A DNA stretch of 63,012 nucleotides, filler included, from Candidatus Nanoarchaeia archaeon (GTDB taxonomy: Archaea > Nanobdellota > Nanobdellia > Woesearchaeales > DATDTY01), in assembly GCA_035290625.1 (NCBI GenBank). It is 6 parts of 6 records of this genome, joined end to end, with 100 filler letters (N's around TTAATTAATTAA, not from the genome) between each part and the next. Parts side by side here need not be neighbours in the genome. Positions count along the whole stretch, not along the records: positions 32,441 to 57,253 come from DATDTY010000006.1; 5 more parts are not named here. The stretch is one strand, 5' to 3'. A program made the position numbers and the translations under genes. The number at the start of each line of letters is the position of its first letter. Position 1 is the first letter of the stretch. This document shows positions 41,366-51,929 of this stretch, piece by piece. The notes beneath the pieces are model-generated. The model saw only the letters and a list, made by a program, of their open reading frames with translations. It was not told where the DNA came from and did not search any database.

Positions 41366-44300
41366 CTACTTATTTAGGCGCCGCTCCTTTTTGCGCTTAT
41401 CCTTGCCATTATTGCCTTCATTATTGCTTCCCCCATTATTGCCATCTTCTAGAAATTTCGTCACCAGCTGCTTAAATCTATGGCCTACAATGATAAGGAG
41501 AAGGATGACGACTCCTGCAATAATATAAGCAAGGTATTGCTGTATGGACTTGCTAATGGAGGCAGCAAGAGTTTTGAAATAATTGGCTGATGAGGGAACT
41601 TGGTCAACCATCAGCCTAAAAGGGTTGCTTTCGATAACTCCCCCTTTTGCGTCAGAGGCAGTGATGATAATTGTCTCGTTTCCATACCAGCCTCTTGCTG
41701 GTGTGAATTTAGCAACAGAGCCATCAATCTCCACTTCCATATGCACGAGTGGGAAGTATGTGAACTCAAGGATGTCGCCGTCTGGATCAATAAAATATGT
41801 GCTGAGATCGAGGTAATGAACGCTGTCCTGATTCCAATGCTGGTTAGGGATTCCGACAGGCTCTTCCACTTGTTGCTCGGAAACTTCCATTTGGTTTTCG
41901 ACAGGGAGTATATCTTCCTCGTTTCCATAAGGAGTTTGCTCAGGGATGGCTTGCCAATATTTGAATGCAACGAACAAAATACCCAAAACAAGAAGAACAA
42001 CGAAAAGTGTAAGGATGATGGGCAATAGGGATTGCCGCTCTGTCCGCTTTGCCAGATTTGATTGCTGCCTTTGGAGTAATTCCCGCTCCCGTTTGACCTG
42101 CTTCAGTTCTTTGGAGAGCTGTTTGCGCTCCTGAATTACTTCTCTTTTCAGCTGAATCTGCTCTTCTCTTTCCCGGATCCTTGCTTCCTGTCTCTCCTTT
42201 TTAATCCGCTGGCGCTCTTCAGCAGCCCTTTGCATTTCTTCGCGTTTTCTTTGCCGTTGCTCCTCTCTTTCTTTTTTCAGGAGTTCCCTTTGCTCTTCCC
42301 GCGCTTTTCTTGCTGTCTCAGCCTGTTCCTCTCTTTCTTTCCTTGCCTGCTCTGCTTCCAGCATGGCTCGCTCTGCTTCCTTTTCTTTCTGCTCTTTTAG
42401 CCTGTGCTTGGCTTCGGCAGCTTCCCTCAAACCACCTTCTTTATAGATATCGGGTCCTTTAGTGCCTGTAAATTTAGAGTAGAGGATAATGGCAATGAGG
42501 ATTATAAGGCCTGCAAGAATGTACCATTGGTAGAGAAGCAGCATGCCATAGATGCCTGGACTCAGCTCCTGAAGTTTTCCAGAAAGCGTCCTTGCAAGCA
42601 GAACGAAGGTATTTTCTGTTTTGTTTGCTTCGATTGGTGTTTCTGCTGGCAGCGGCTCGGCTTCAGGCAGTTCGGAAAGATTTAAGGTGGCATCGGTGGT
42701 TCTGTTAAGAAAGGAAAAAGAAAGATAGGGGTATACCACGTAAGCGACCAGACCAATGATAACCAGGCTGATGAGTATAATAGCTATCGTTATGAATGTG
42801 TCAGTTCTGTCCTGCGCTTCAATCTCTGGTTTCTTTTCTTCATGGAGTTTCTCGGCCTTTACGAGTTTTTCTTTACCAATTATTTCTGAAGCCGATTGCT
42901 TTTCTTTCTTTGCCTTCTCACGCTCGAGCCTGGCACGCTCCCGCTCTGCCTGCCTTTCTTCTTGTTTTCTGGCTATGCGTGCTGTTCTTTCCTGTCTCAG
43001 GCGTTTTCTTTGCTCTTCTCCCTCTTTTCTTGCCTGCTCTCGTTTCTCTTTCAGATCTTTTCTTGCCTGCTCTGCTTCCAGCCTAGCTTCCTCTCTCTCT
43101 GCTTCCCTTTCCTTTCTCAGGCGTTCTTTCTCCTCCTTTCTTTGCTTCCTCCGCAGCTCTGCCTCTTCTTGCTTTTGCTCCCTTTCGCGTTCTTCTGCAA
43201 GCCGTTGCTTCAGCTTTTCCCTGGCCTTTACCGCATCAGGATCGATATGTTTACGGTGGTACAGGAAAACAAAAATGATGATCAGGAGCACTATTCCAAA
43301 TATCAAGGGATATCCCACTCCTCCGATCTTGGCACCGAGAGGCTCGATGGCTGTCGTAAGGGTTTGGGGGATCGTGGTTTCGTTCCCTTGAAAGTAATTC
43401 GTGATTCCGTAATACGAGCCGCCCACGATACCTCCAATGATGATAAGAATCAGGACAAGCTTTGCCAAGGAGGGGGGTGTGAGAGTCTCTGGCTCTCTTT
43501 CAGGCTCCATTTTTGGCTCTCGTTTCTGTATTCCGGCAGCCATCACTTCTTCCCTGAACTTTTTTCCAGGTGCGGCTTGCCTTGCCCTCACAACGAGGAG
43601 AAGGATTCCAGTAAGAAGGATTGCGAAGAGTATAAGCGATGCAAGAAGATAGGTGATAAACCTGGATTCTCCACTCGTTTCAAGCAATAGGCGTGTTGCT
43701 ACTGTTTCAGAAGATCCTGATTGGCGGTTTCTCAGGGAGAGGCGGAGCGTATAGACGCCTGGGCTGGCGATGGCCTTATCTGGAAGCGCTTTGAAGACTG
43801 CTGTTTCGTGCTTGCCAGGCTCCAATTCAGAAGCAAATTGCTGGGGCGAGACCCAGGCAGGCTCGAGCACTGAAAGTGTGTAGGAGATTGGGGCCAAACC
43901 AGGATTTTCGATGTCTATTGAAATAGGAGTTTCGTTGTACGCCAAAGGAAGGGCTTGAGGGGCGGTTACTCTGAGTGGAAAACAGCCGCCAAGGCTGAGC
44001 TGAACCAAGGCTGATTTTGACAGGTTTCCTTTCTGTGCTGTTGCAGTTATGCTTAGCGTATAGGATTTAGAGATATTTGAAGGCGCAAGGACGTAGAGGG
44101 GCGCAAGCGCCTGTTGTCCAGAGAGGAGGGTTATAGAGGGCTGCTCAAAAAAGACACGAGAGGAGAGTTCCTGAGGCGAAGCGATGCTGAGGTTAAAGGT
44201 GTTCTCAAATGCTGCCTTATTCTCAATGAGAAATGGTATAACACCTCCTGTTCCTTCACAAAACGAATACGCTTGGTTGTAAGGCTTGAATTCGTAGGTT

Positions 44301-45043
44301 AAGGTTGATTGATTTTTTCTGAAGAGTTGGCGCTCGCCCCTCTGGAGCGAAAAGTTGTAGCAGGGGTTGATGGTATACTCCAGAGGAACCTTCGCGGTCC
44401 AGCCAGAGTTTAAGGCTGAGACAATAAGCGATTGTTCAAGGGTTCCATGGACTCCGCAGGGGCTTCTGAGCGTGATTGTTATCTCTGCTTCACCCCCTCC
44501 TTTTAGGGTAAGCTTTTGCTGTGATACGGACAGGTAGGAGGGGGGCTCTGAAAAAAACTCGTAGGTTTCCTGAAAGCTTCCGCTGTTTCTGATCCTGAGC
44601 CTGGAGGTCTGCTGCGTGCAGGGGCATGCGGCTGCTAGCTTCTGCTGCGCCAAGATCTCGATGTTTGAGCAGGACTGGACAGTTATGATCTGGGGAAGAA
44701 TCTGCCTGCCTCTTCCGGTTAGGACACTAATGTTTGAGGCATAGCTTGCTTCAGGGGTTCCGCATGGAATTCTGAGGGCTTGTGTGACATTAACCTGTTT
44801 GCCTGGCTCTAAGATGAACCCGGATGGAGATAGTTGCGAGAATTGCGCTGCTGCGCCTTGCGCAGCGAGGCTATACGTGATTGGACCAGATCCCCTATTG
44901 ACGAAATGGAGCGTGTTTATAGAAGAAGAGCATGCGCATACGTTTATCCTTGAAAGATCCTGGAATCCAATGAAATCCTGGCTGAGCACGAAGGGGAAGG
45001 CTAATATAAGAAATACTATAGGCAATACGTGCTTCCCCCTCAT
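41366..45043 (-). CDS. Large membrane protein with Ig-like ectodomains and E/R/K-rich coiled coils
   Basis: Signal peptide, Ig-like repeats, several TM helices, DPDGD cadherin-like motif. Confidence 0.8.
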   Translation of the reverse strand: MRGKHVLPIVFLILAFPFVLSQDFIGFQDLSRINVCACSSSINTLHFVNRGSGPITYSLAAQGAAAQFSQLSPSGFILEPGKQVNVTQALRIPCGTPEASYASNISVLTGRGRQILPQIITVQSCSNIEILAQQKLAAACPCTQQTSRLRIRNSGSFQETYEFFSEPPSYLSVSQQKLTLKGGGEAEITITLRSPCGVHGTLEQSLIVSALNSGWTAKVPLEYTINPCYNFSLQRGERQLFRKNQSTLTYEFKPYNQAYSFCEGTGGVIPFLIENKAAFENTFNLSIASPQELSSRVFFEQPSITLLSGQQALAPLYVLAPSNISKSYTLSITATAQKGNLSKSALVQLSLGGCFPLRVTAPQALPLAYNETPISIDIENPGLAPISYTLSVLEPAWVSPQQFASELEPGKHETAVFKALPDKAIASPGVYTLRLSLRNRQSGSSETVATRLLLETSGESRFITYLLASLILFAILLTGILLLVVRARQAAPGKKFREEVMAAGIQKREPKMEPEREPETLTPPSLAKLVLILIIIGGIVGGSYYGITNYFQGNETTIPQTLTTAIEPLGAKIGGVGYPLIFGIVLLIIIFVFLYHRKHIDPDAVKAREKLKQRLAEEREREQKQEEAELRRKQRKEEKERLRKEREAEREEARLEAEQARKDLKEKREQARKEGEEQRKRLRQERTARIARKQEERQAERERARLEREKAKKEKQSASEIIGKEKLVKAEKLHEEKKPEIEAQDRTDTFITIAIILISLVIIGLVAYVVYPYLSFSFLNRTTDATLNLSELPEAEPLPAETPIEANKTENTFVLLARTLSGKLQELSPGIYGMLLLYQWYILAGLIILIAIILYSKFTGTKGPDIYKEGGLREAAEAKHRLKEQKEKEAERAMLEAEQARKEREEQAETARKAREEQRELLKKEREEQRQRKREEMQRAAEERQRIKKERQEARIREREEQIQLKREVIQERKQLSKELKQVKRERELLQRQQSNLAKRTERQSLLPIILTLFVVLLVLGILFVAFKYWQAIPEQTPYGNEEDILPVENQMEVSEQQVEEPVGIPNQHWNQDSVHYLDLSTYFIDPDGDILEFTYFPLVHMEVEIDGSVAKFTPARGWYGNETIIITASDAKGGVIESNPFRLMVDQVPSSANYFKTLAASISKSIQQYLAYIIAGVVILLLIIVGHRFKQLVTKFLEDGNNGGSNNEGNNGKDKRKKERRLNK

Positions 45044-45173
45044 CAGTTCACACTTCTTTTTGTATTTTGATTATCGAAAAGTGCTTATTGACGCTTCTCA
45101 ACAAAGCCTGCTTTTCCCCTCCCCCTTTTCTTGCGATTGAAAAATTGAAATATAAAAAGAAAGAAAAAAGGCT

Positions 45174-46451
45174 TTAGTAGTAGGTCTGAGCTTCTTCAGT
45201 ACCTTCTTCGCCCTTTAATTTGTTGAAGCCGATGATCAAGAAGATGATCACCAGTATCACAACAAGGACGATGAGCCCTACTTCGAGGCCTCTCTTCACA
45301 TTATCCCATTGGGATGATCCAGCGCTTCCAATCACATTTGCCTTCACGGGTATCTGCCTTAGGGTCTGGTCTCCTGATTTCACCGCCAGGCTCAGGATGT
45401 ACTGGCCTTCCTGCGCGTTTGGAGAGGCAGTCACATAGACAAATGCCTGCTCTGTCTGGCCGCTTCCAACCACAAGGGTTGAGGATGGGCTGATTCTGGC
45501 GCTGATTCCCTGGGTTGCTGCGCTTGTCAGGGTGTATACCTTGGATTCAGCTGCATTATTGGTTATTGTTACTGCATACACTGAGCCAGCAGTTCCTTTT
45601 GCAACATCCTGGATTTCTGGACCAACAGTGATTATGGTCTGCGCTGTAGGCAGCGGTGTTGTTGACTCTTCTGCTGATACAATTTCTATTGGGAAGGTCT
45701 TTGATGCCCGCTTATCGCCTTCGTCATAGAAGGCTTCCACATTGACATTATAGGTTCCTGATGCGGCATCCCTTGGAATCACGATGAACATCTCTTCGCT
45801 TGTCAGCTGGTCGTCGTTCTCCCCATCCTTCTCAAGCTGATCGATGAAGTCATTAGCGACTGCAGATCCGCCAAGCTCTGGGATTGAAACTCTGATTCGC
45901 ACTCCTTTTTCATCCACAAGGCCATAGTTCTGAAGCCTGACCAAGGTGATGAGGGTTCTTCCTGCTCTAATCCTGTTTTCCGGTGAGAATACAACATCCT
46001 TGATCTGGACATCTTTTCTCTTGTTTTCAAGCTGAAGCTCGTATGTCTGCTCAATGGTTTGGCTGTCTCTGTCTTCAACCTGGATTCTTAATTTGTACCT
46101 GTCCTGATCAGCCCGTTGCCTTAATGGAATAGTCAATCTCTTGACATAGGTTACGCCTGCTTTCATATCAAAGACATCACTGATGTCTTCCATCAGGTCG
46201 CTATGATCATATCCCCGAAGAGCGCCCTCGATCTGCGCGTTTTCGGTGTCTACGTTTGCAGTGATGCTCACCTTGACATCAACCTCGTCACCGCGCTCCA
46301 CTTGCCTAATAAAATTGGTTGCGCTTGGTGTCAGCGCATCATTGTCTATTGAGACGCTGTTAATCGTCACTGTTGCGCTTGCAAAGGATGCAAGAGCTAC
46401 AACACTCAAAAGAAAGATCATCATTAATCCCATTATTTTTCCACTTCTCAT
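45174..46451 (-). CDS. S-layer/CARDB-like surface protein
   Basis: Signal peptide, Ig-like domains, C-terminal TM anchor ending QTYY. Confidence 0.75.
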   Translation of the reverse strand: MRSGKIMGLMMIFLLSVVALASFASATVTINSVSIDNDALTPSATNFIRQVERGDEVDVKVSITANVDTENAQIEGALRGYDHSDLMEDISDVFDMKAGVTYVKRLTIPLRQRADQDRYKLRIQVEDRDSQTIEQTYELQLENKRKDVQIKDVVFSPENRIRAGRTLITLVRLQNYGLVDEKGVRIRVSIPELGGSAVANDFIDQLEKDGENDDQLTSEEMFIVIPRDAASGTYNVNVEAFYDEGDKRASKTFPIEIVSAEESTTPLPTAQTIITVGPEIQDVAKGTAGSVYAVTITNNAAESKVYTLTSAATQGISARISPSSTLVVGSGQTEQAFVYVTASPNAQEGQYILSLAVKSGDQTLRQIPVKANVIGSAGSSQWDNVKRGLEVGLIVLVVILVIIFLIIGFNKLKGEEGTEEAQTYY

Positions 46452-46659
46452 GCTTTATTACCCCCAACGGTTTTTTATTGGAGCAATGGTAGCCCACTGC
46501 TCTTGGATAAGCCCACAAATCGTGCGGTATATATAAAGGTTTCGATTTATGAGCATATCATAGTAGTTAATTTTATTTACTATTATTGCGTGAGTATATT
46601 TTATTTTGCGTATTTTGCGCAATGACGGTTTGATTAGAGTACATGTTTGTAAACTGATC

Positions 46660-49600
46660 TCATTCTACGATGAGGATCTTGTGCTTTACCCGTCGGGAGT
46701 CGCCATTGCCAAGGCTGATTCGCGCAAGGTATTCTCCTGGAAGAGCGTCGTCGGGAACAGGCACTTCCACCATAGCTGAGACCGTGTCGTCTGAATCCAC
46801 TCGGTCAAATCCTGTTGAGCTGAAGACTCCCAATTCAGGAATCACAACTTTCAGAGAGGGTGACTTAAGGTCAGTCTCTCCATGATTCGTAAGTTTTGAC
46901 CACACCTGCAAACTCTCGCCGGGGCTTGCTATTCCGTCGTTCAGGAGCCTTACGCCTCCCCAATAGATTTGTTTGCGTGGGTTGATTTCCCGGGTTATTG
47001 TGGATGGCGGCTGCGGTGAAGGGACAGGAGCAGCTATTGCGGTTATTGTTATTGATGAGGTTGCGCTGTCAACTGCGCCGTCATTTACCTTTGCCCGAAT
47101 CGTTTTTGGCCCTGCTGTTGTATACTGGGCGGCAATGGTGTTGAAACCGCCAAGGTTTCTGAATCCCTGGCCGTCACCCAAGTCAAAGAAGTATGCAAGG
47201 GCATTCCCGTCTGGATCTGACGCAATTGCTGTAATTGCGTGGACTGTTCCTGTAGGGCCTGACTGCGGGACTGCTGTTAGTGATGTTATGACAGGAGCAC
47301 GATTTTGGCCTTGCCCTGTAACTGTAATTGCAAGTGTTGCCTGCTGGCTATCTACCCTTCCATCATTCACTTTCGCCCTGATGGTGTAGGATCCTGGAAC
47401 TGTAAATTGGGCTGAAATTGAGGAAGACGCTCCGTTGTTCCTGAATCCCTGGCCGTCTGCGAGATCGATAAAGTAGGTTAAAGCATTTGCGTCAGGATCG
47501 CTTGCTGTTATTGTGAATGTGAATGTTGAGCCTGCTGGCGCAGACAGTTGGTTTGCCGTAAAGCCTGTAATTACAGGTGGATTGTTTGGCTGCACAGGAG
47601 GCTGGACTGGAGGTTGGACTGGAGGTTGGACAGGTGGCTGAATGGGCGGTTGGACTGGAGGTTGGACAGGTGGCTGCTGAGGCGGTTGTTGCCCACTTGG
47701 TGCATTAACTCTAATGCGGATAGTATCTGAGGATGTCCTTCCAGACTCTGTCTCTCTGGCAACGACAGTTATAAGATGTTCGCCTTGAGGAAGCTGGACA
47801 GCAATCGCTCTCTCGTTTCGATTGAGATTGATGAGGTTGTCAAACCAGGAGAGTGTGAACTGGACACCTTCAGGATCTGTGACTTGTGATTCGATGGTTA
47901 TCGTGTCTGTCGTGAGGAATGAAGCTCCATCAGGGGGAGAGATTATCCTTACAGTAAGAGCCGAGGTATCTGTACCAGGAGTTCCTGGAAATCCGCCATT
48001 GATCAGGATTGTTACTGAAGCCTGGCCCCTATTGCTATCTCGGTCTGTAACTGTTGCTGTGTAGGTCAATGTAGCCGGGAAGTTCCAGAATTGTTCAAGT
48101 TCAGATCCAATTCCTCTGAATTGATTAGCATGCTGGACCGGGCCTGTTGGCAAAAGGATGTTTCCTGTGCTCGTCCAGGTGATCTGGCTTGAAAGCTCGC
48201 CTTCCTGCGGGTCTGTTGCAGATGCCCTGAAGAGAACTCTTTGCATAGCTGATGCTGCAGAACTGGATCCAAACACCGCAGCATTTGCCGGCGAAAGAAT
48301 AGTTACAACAGGAGTTTGGCTTGGCTCTCGAATGATATGGGTAACAACGGCAGGAGCACTCCAGGTTTCATCAAGGCCTTTCACAGCCATGCGCAGCTCA
48401 TAATAGCCTGGCTGGTTGAATTGTATCACAGGCTCTGCATCAAACCATACTGGACGCAGAACTCCTGCAGTGTTTCTTGCCTGATTGACAAGCGATTGAT
48501 CTTCTCTTGCGTTTGTTACTGAGCCAAGAGGAGCGAAGTCAAAGATAGGATTGCCCTGACTGTCTTCGCCTGTCTTAATGAAGACTGCAACGCGCTTTCC
48601 TGCAATCGGCTGATTATTTGCTTCGAGGAATGTAATTGGAGGAGTTCTGTAGCCAACGGTCTTTCTTATGATATCTCCTGCGTTATGGGAGGTAAGCCGG
48701 ACAGCGAGAGGCTGAGTTCCTGGAATGGGGGTTACTATAACTGTAAAAGAGACGGGAGTTGCCCAGTCTTTGTCGCGGATGCCGATTGGAGTCTCTGTAA
48801 CTGAAAATTCAACCCGGTAAGTTCCTGCAGTAGGGAATTGCAATGAAGGTGTGCGCTCAAAGGATTGCGTGATGAGCTGGCTATCTCTAAAGACTTGGGT
48901 TCTGAAGCCTGTAACATCTCCTGGCCTGCTTCCCTGGCCTGCGACAGTGATAATGCTGTTTTGCTGGATGGTTGTTGTTGATCCCGCTTGAGGCTGCTGT
49001 AATCGGGCTGTGAGCGGCTCGATTGATGGGATGCTGCTTGCTTCTACAAAAACAGTTATTCTTTTGATTGCTGAGCCTCCTCTGCTGTCTGAAGCTCTTA
49101 TCTCGATTCCATCATATCTTCCAGCCTGGTTGTTTGCAGGAGCCCAGTAAAAGACACCAGTTGTTGGGTCAAGCCTTGCACCTGGGAGTCCGGATAGCTC
49201 GTAGGTAATTCTATCATTGTCTGCATCAAAAGCAGTAAGGGTAAATGTCCTTGGCTGGTTTACCCGGAAAAGGAGCGAACTTGGAATTGCCTGCTGTCCG
49301 TTAAATGCATTGGATAAGAACAGAGGAACTGCATTGACATTGACGAAAATACTTGCTGGCTGGCTCCACTCGCCCTGGGCATTCTTCACTGAAAAGCGAA
49401 TTTCATAAGTTCCTGATCTCCTGAATTGGAGGGTTGGAGAGCGGTCAAACCAGATTGGCTGGAGTAGGCCTGCGCTGTTTACTGCCTGGCGGGCAGCAGA
49501 GTTGAAATTTTCAACATCAGCCAAATTTGCCAGGCTTCCAGACCTAAACACAGCCCAGCGGTATCCTTTTGCTGCATCAGCTGGCTCGCTTCTTCCATGG

Positions 49601-49782
49601 AGTGTTATTGAGCCATCAGGGCTTATTTTAACTGTGCCTTGATGAGATGTAATAACTGCCTGGATAGATGTCTGCGCTGCAACAATTGCGCTTGCAGCGA
49701 CAAAAAGGAAAAGAATGGATAGTATGGCGATTATTCCTGAATACGGCCTGAAATTAAATTGGGTATTGGATGTTCTTCTCAT
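46660..49782 (-). CDS. PKD/Ig-domain surface protein with Pro-Gln linker
   Basis: Signal peptide; ASDPDGNAL/ATDPQEG motifs; two similar PKD-like units. Confidence 0.82.
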   Translation of the reverse strand: MRRTSNTQFNFRPYSGIIAILSILFLFVAASAIVAAQTSIQAVITSHQGTVKISPDGSITLHGRSEPADAAKGYRWAVFRSGSLANLADVENFNSAARQAVNSAGLLQPIWFDRSPTLQFRRSGTYEIRFSVKNAQGEWSQPASIFVNVNAVPLFLSNAFNGQQAIPSSLLFRVNQPRTFTLTAFDADNDRITYELSGLPGARLDPTTGVFYWAPANNQAGRYDGIEIRASDSRGGSAIKRITVFVEASSIPSIEPLTARLQQPQAGSTTTIQQNSIITVAGQGSRPGDVTGFRTQVFRDSQLITQSFERTPSLQFPTAGTYRVEFSVTETPIGIRDKDWATPVSFTVIVTPIPGTQPLAVRLTSHNAGDIIRKTVGYRTPPITFLEANNQPIAGKRVAVFIKTGEDSQGNPIFDFAPLGSVTNAREDQSLVNQARNTAGVLRPVWFDAEPVIQFNQPGYYELRMAVKGLDETWSAPAVVTHIIREPSQTPVVTILSPANAAVFGSSSAASAMQRVLFRASATDPQEGELSSQITWTSTGNILLPTGPVQHANQFRGIGSELEQFWNFPATLTYTATVTDRDSNRGQASVTILINGGFPGTPGTDTSALTVRIISPPDGASFLTTDTITIESQVTDPEGVQFTLSWFDNLINLNRNERAIAVQLPQGEHLITVVARETESGRTSSDTIRIRVNAPSGQQPPQQPPVQPPVQPPIQPPVQPPVQPPVQPPVQPNNPPVITGFTANQLSAPAGSTFTFTITASDPDANALTYFIDLADGQGFRNNGASSSISAQFTVPGSYTIRAKVNDGRVDSQQATLAITVTGQGQNRAPVITSLTAVPQSGPTGTVHAITAIASDPDGNALAYFFDLGDGQGFRNLGGFNTIAAQYTTAGPKTIRAKVNDGAVDSATSSITITAIAAPVPSPQPPSTITREINPRKQIYWGGVRLLNDGIASPGESLQVWSKLTNHGETDLKSPSLKVVIPELGVFSSTGFDRVDSDDTVSAMVEVPVPDDALPGEYLARISLGNGDSRRVKHKILIVE
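47588..47693 (-). repeat. 12-bp coding tandem repeat (QPPV)n
   Basis: About 8 units encoding QPPQQPPVQPPVQPPIQPPVQPPVQPPVQPPVQP. Confidence 0.9.
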
Positions 49783-50183
49783 TAATTTTGCACCCCCTCT
49801 CGACCGAGAACACATCATAGTATATAAAGATTTCCAATGTAACTATTTTAGAATGGTTAAATAGATAGAGCGGAGGGTAGTTAAGTGTTGGTTGAAGATT
49901 GACTTGAGAAGAAAGGAATAGAAAGCCGGTCATGCATAGAAAAGGTGTTATGTCTAATTCAGAATTCGGGCTAAAATATAGAAACTGAAAGATTTATTTT
50001 TTGCAGCAGATAAACCAAATATTCTATGGTAGGATATAATGGTAGAATACGAAATTATTCCCACCAAGAGGATAATTACAGTTGATACCTGCTTCAATTT
50101 GGTAGTGTTATATTTCACAAAAAAGAGATTTCAACGCAAACACTGGGCAAACCATTTAAACCATTGCTCGTTTTCTTTTCCTT

Positions 50184-51341
50184 ATGATTTATGTAGTAGG
50201 AGCAGGGCCCGCAGGATCGTACTTTGCAGGGCTGATGGCAGAGAAGGGATATGCTGTTACGGTCTTTGAGGACCATGACATTATAGGGGATCCCTGCCAG
50301 TGCACAGGGATTGTGACGTCTTCAATCCAGGAACTGCTTCCTTTGGATCCATCTGTTGTGATGAACCATATCTCAAAAGTAAAGGTGGTTGCACCTTCTG
50401 GGAATTCGCTGCAGTTCTCAATACGGGATATCATCCTGGACAGGCCAGGATTTGACAGGTATGTTGCAAGAGTAGCCCGTGAGAAAGGGGCTGCTATTTT
50501 TACTGGGCACAGATTTACTGGCATTGAAGGGGATTGCATCATTATTGAAGAAAGCAAGCGAAGGAAGAGGTTCAGATTTACGAATGAGGATATTCTGGTA
50601 GGAGCGGACGGACCGAATTCTTCTGTTGCCAAAGCGGCGGGGATTTTTGGCGAGCGGAAATTTTATTTTTCATCACAGGCAGCTGCAAAGCTTGACATAC
50701 CAAAGGATACCTATGAGGTGTATTTGGGCAATGAGTTCTGCCCTGAGTTTTTTGCGTGGGTTGTTCCTGAATCTGAAGGAGTTGTGCGGATTGGATTAGG
50801 AACCTTGGGGAGAAAAACCTCTGCATATTTTCAAAAGTTTTTGAGGTTTCGCCTGGGAGAAGAATATCGTTCTAAGATTATAAGCTATCAAGGCGGTCCA
50901 ATTCCCTACTATGATACTCGCCTGGAAGTGCAGAAAGGCAACATCTATTTAGTGGGGGATGCTGCATTCCAAGTCAAAGCAACAACAGGAGGGGGGATCA
51001 TCCAGGGCATGATTGCCGGAAGGTGTTTGGCTGAGGCGATTACTGAAAAGAAAGATTACAAAAAGCTTTTGAAGAAGCGTCTGAATAAGGACCTTTGGAT
51101 GAGCCTGCAGATTCGGAAGGTGATGAACAGGTTTAGGGATAAGGATTATAACAGGCTTATTGAGCTCTTTAACCAGGAGAGGGTTAAAAAAGTTGTAGAA
51201 GCCCATGATCGGGATTACCCGTCTAGGTTTGCAGTTGCCCTTTTGCTGAGGGAGCCCCGGTTCCTTTTGTTTGGAAGAAAGATTATTTCATTTGGATCAA
51301 TCTTTATGCTCCGCAATATGAAAAAGCTGTTCAGCCATTGA
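50184..51341 (+). CDS. Geranylgeranyl reductase-family FAD oxidoreductase
   Basis: VGAGPAGS, PCQCTG, GADGPNS, FAWVVP, VGDAA..TGGGI. Confidence 0.9.
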   Translation: MIYVVGAGPAGSYFAGLMAEKGYAVTVFEDHDIIGDPCQCTGIVTSSIQELLPLDPSVVMNHISKVKVVAPSGNSLQFSIRDIILDRPGFDRYVARVAREKGAAIFTGHRFTGIEGDCIIIEESKRRKRFRFTNEDILVGADGPNSSVAKAAGIFGERKFYFSSQAAAKLDIPKDTYEVYLGNEFCPEFFAWVVPESEGVVRIGLGTLGRKTSAYFQKFLRFRLGEEYRSKIISYQGGPIPYYDTRLEVQKGNIYLVGDAAFQVKATTGGGIIQGMIAGRCLAEAITEKKDYKKLLKKRLNKDLWMSLQIRKVMNRFRDKDYNRLIELFNQERVKKVVEAHDRDYPSRFAVALLLREPRFLLFGRKIISFGSIFMLRNMKKLFSH

Positions 51342-51810
51342 TTTGAGTGTTCTTTGTATCGCGATGAAATCCTATAAGCGGGCTGTATCTTCTATACCAC
51401 GGTCCGGCTCCATGGCTCGTGACTAGTCCTAATTGTAGATATGTGCCTTCTTCTGCATAACAAACGAGTCCAGCTTGCAATCCAGGCGTCCTTTCCAGAA
51501 AAAAATTAATTACCCCTACTTGCAATGCGCTTGCATTTCTGGCACCATTATATACGCCTAACTGTATTTTTAATTCATCTCGTGGGAATACACTTCTTGC
51601 CTCATCCGTAAAATTCATTAGACCTAATTGCGCTCCGATTCCTTCGGCGGTATTAATGAGGCCGAGCTGCGCCCCTCTTAACTCATGAGTAGAATTCGCT
51701 GCACCTAACTGTATCCCGTATGCTTGATTAGCATCGTTCTCGAAACCAATCTGTACTCCAGTTACAGTTTCTCTTGAGTTATCGAATCCTAACACAACTT
51801 CAAGCGGCAT
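51331..51810 (-). CDS. GxQxG beta-helix repeat protein (LA_2272-like)
   Basis: Repeats GVQIG, GIQLG, GAQLGLIN, GAQLGLMN. Confidence 0.7.
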   Translation of the reverse strand: MPLEVVLGFDNSRETVTGVQIGFENDANQAYGIQLGAANSTHELRGAQLGLINTAEGIGAQLGLMNFTDEARSVFPRDELKIQLGVYNGARNASALQVGVINFFLERTPGLQAGLVCYAEEGTYLQLGLVTSHGAGPWYRRYSPLIGFHRDTKNTQING

Positions 51811-51929
51811 TTATACCTCCAATCAGTCTCCTTTAGCGGAAAGAAACGGTTAGCAGATTATAAAGTTTTCGACTTTTTACTCCCTGGCAGTTAAAGATGA
51901 GACATGCTCGAACACAAAAACAGAGTTTC

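Noticed and set aside
42756..43690. Long plus-strand Ser/Phe/Leu-rich ORFs
   Set aside because: Antisense shadows of the E/R/K-rich coding region on the minus strand.
47588..47693. 12-bp tandem repeat as a non-coding array
   Set aside because: In-frame Pro/Gln linker with synonymous variation between units.
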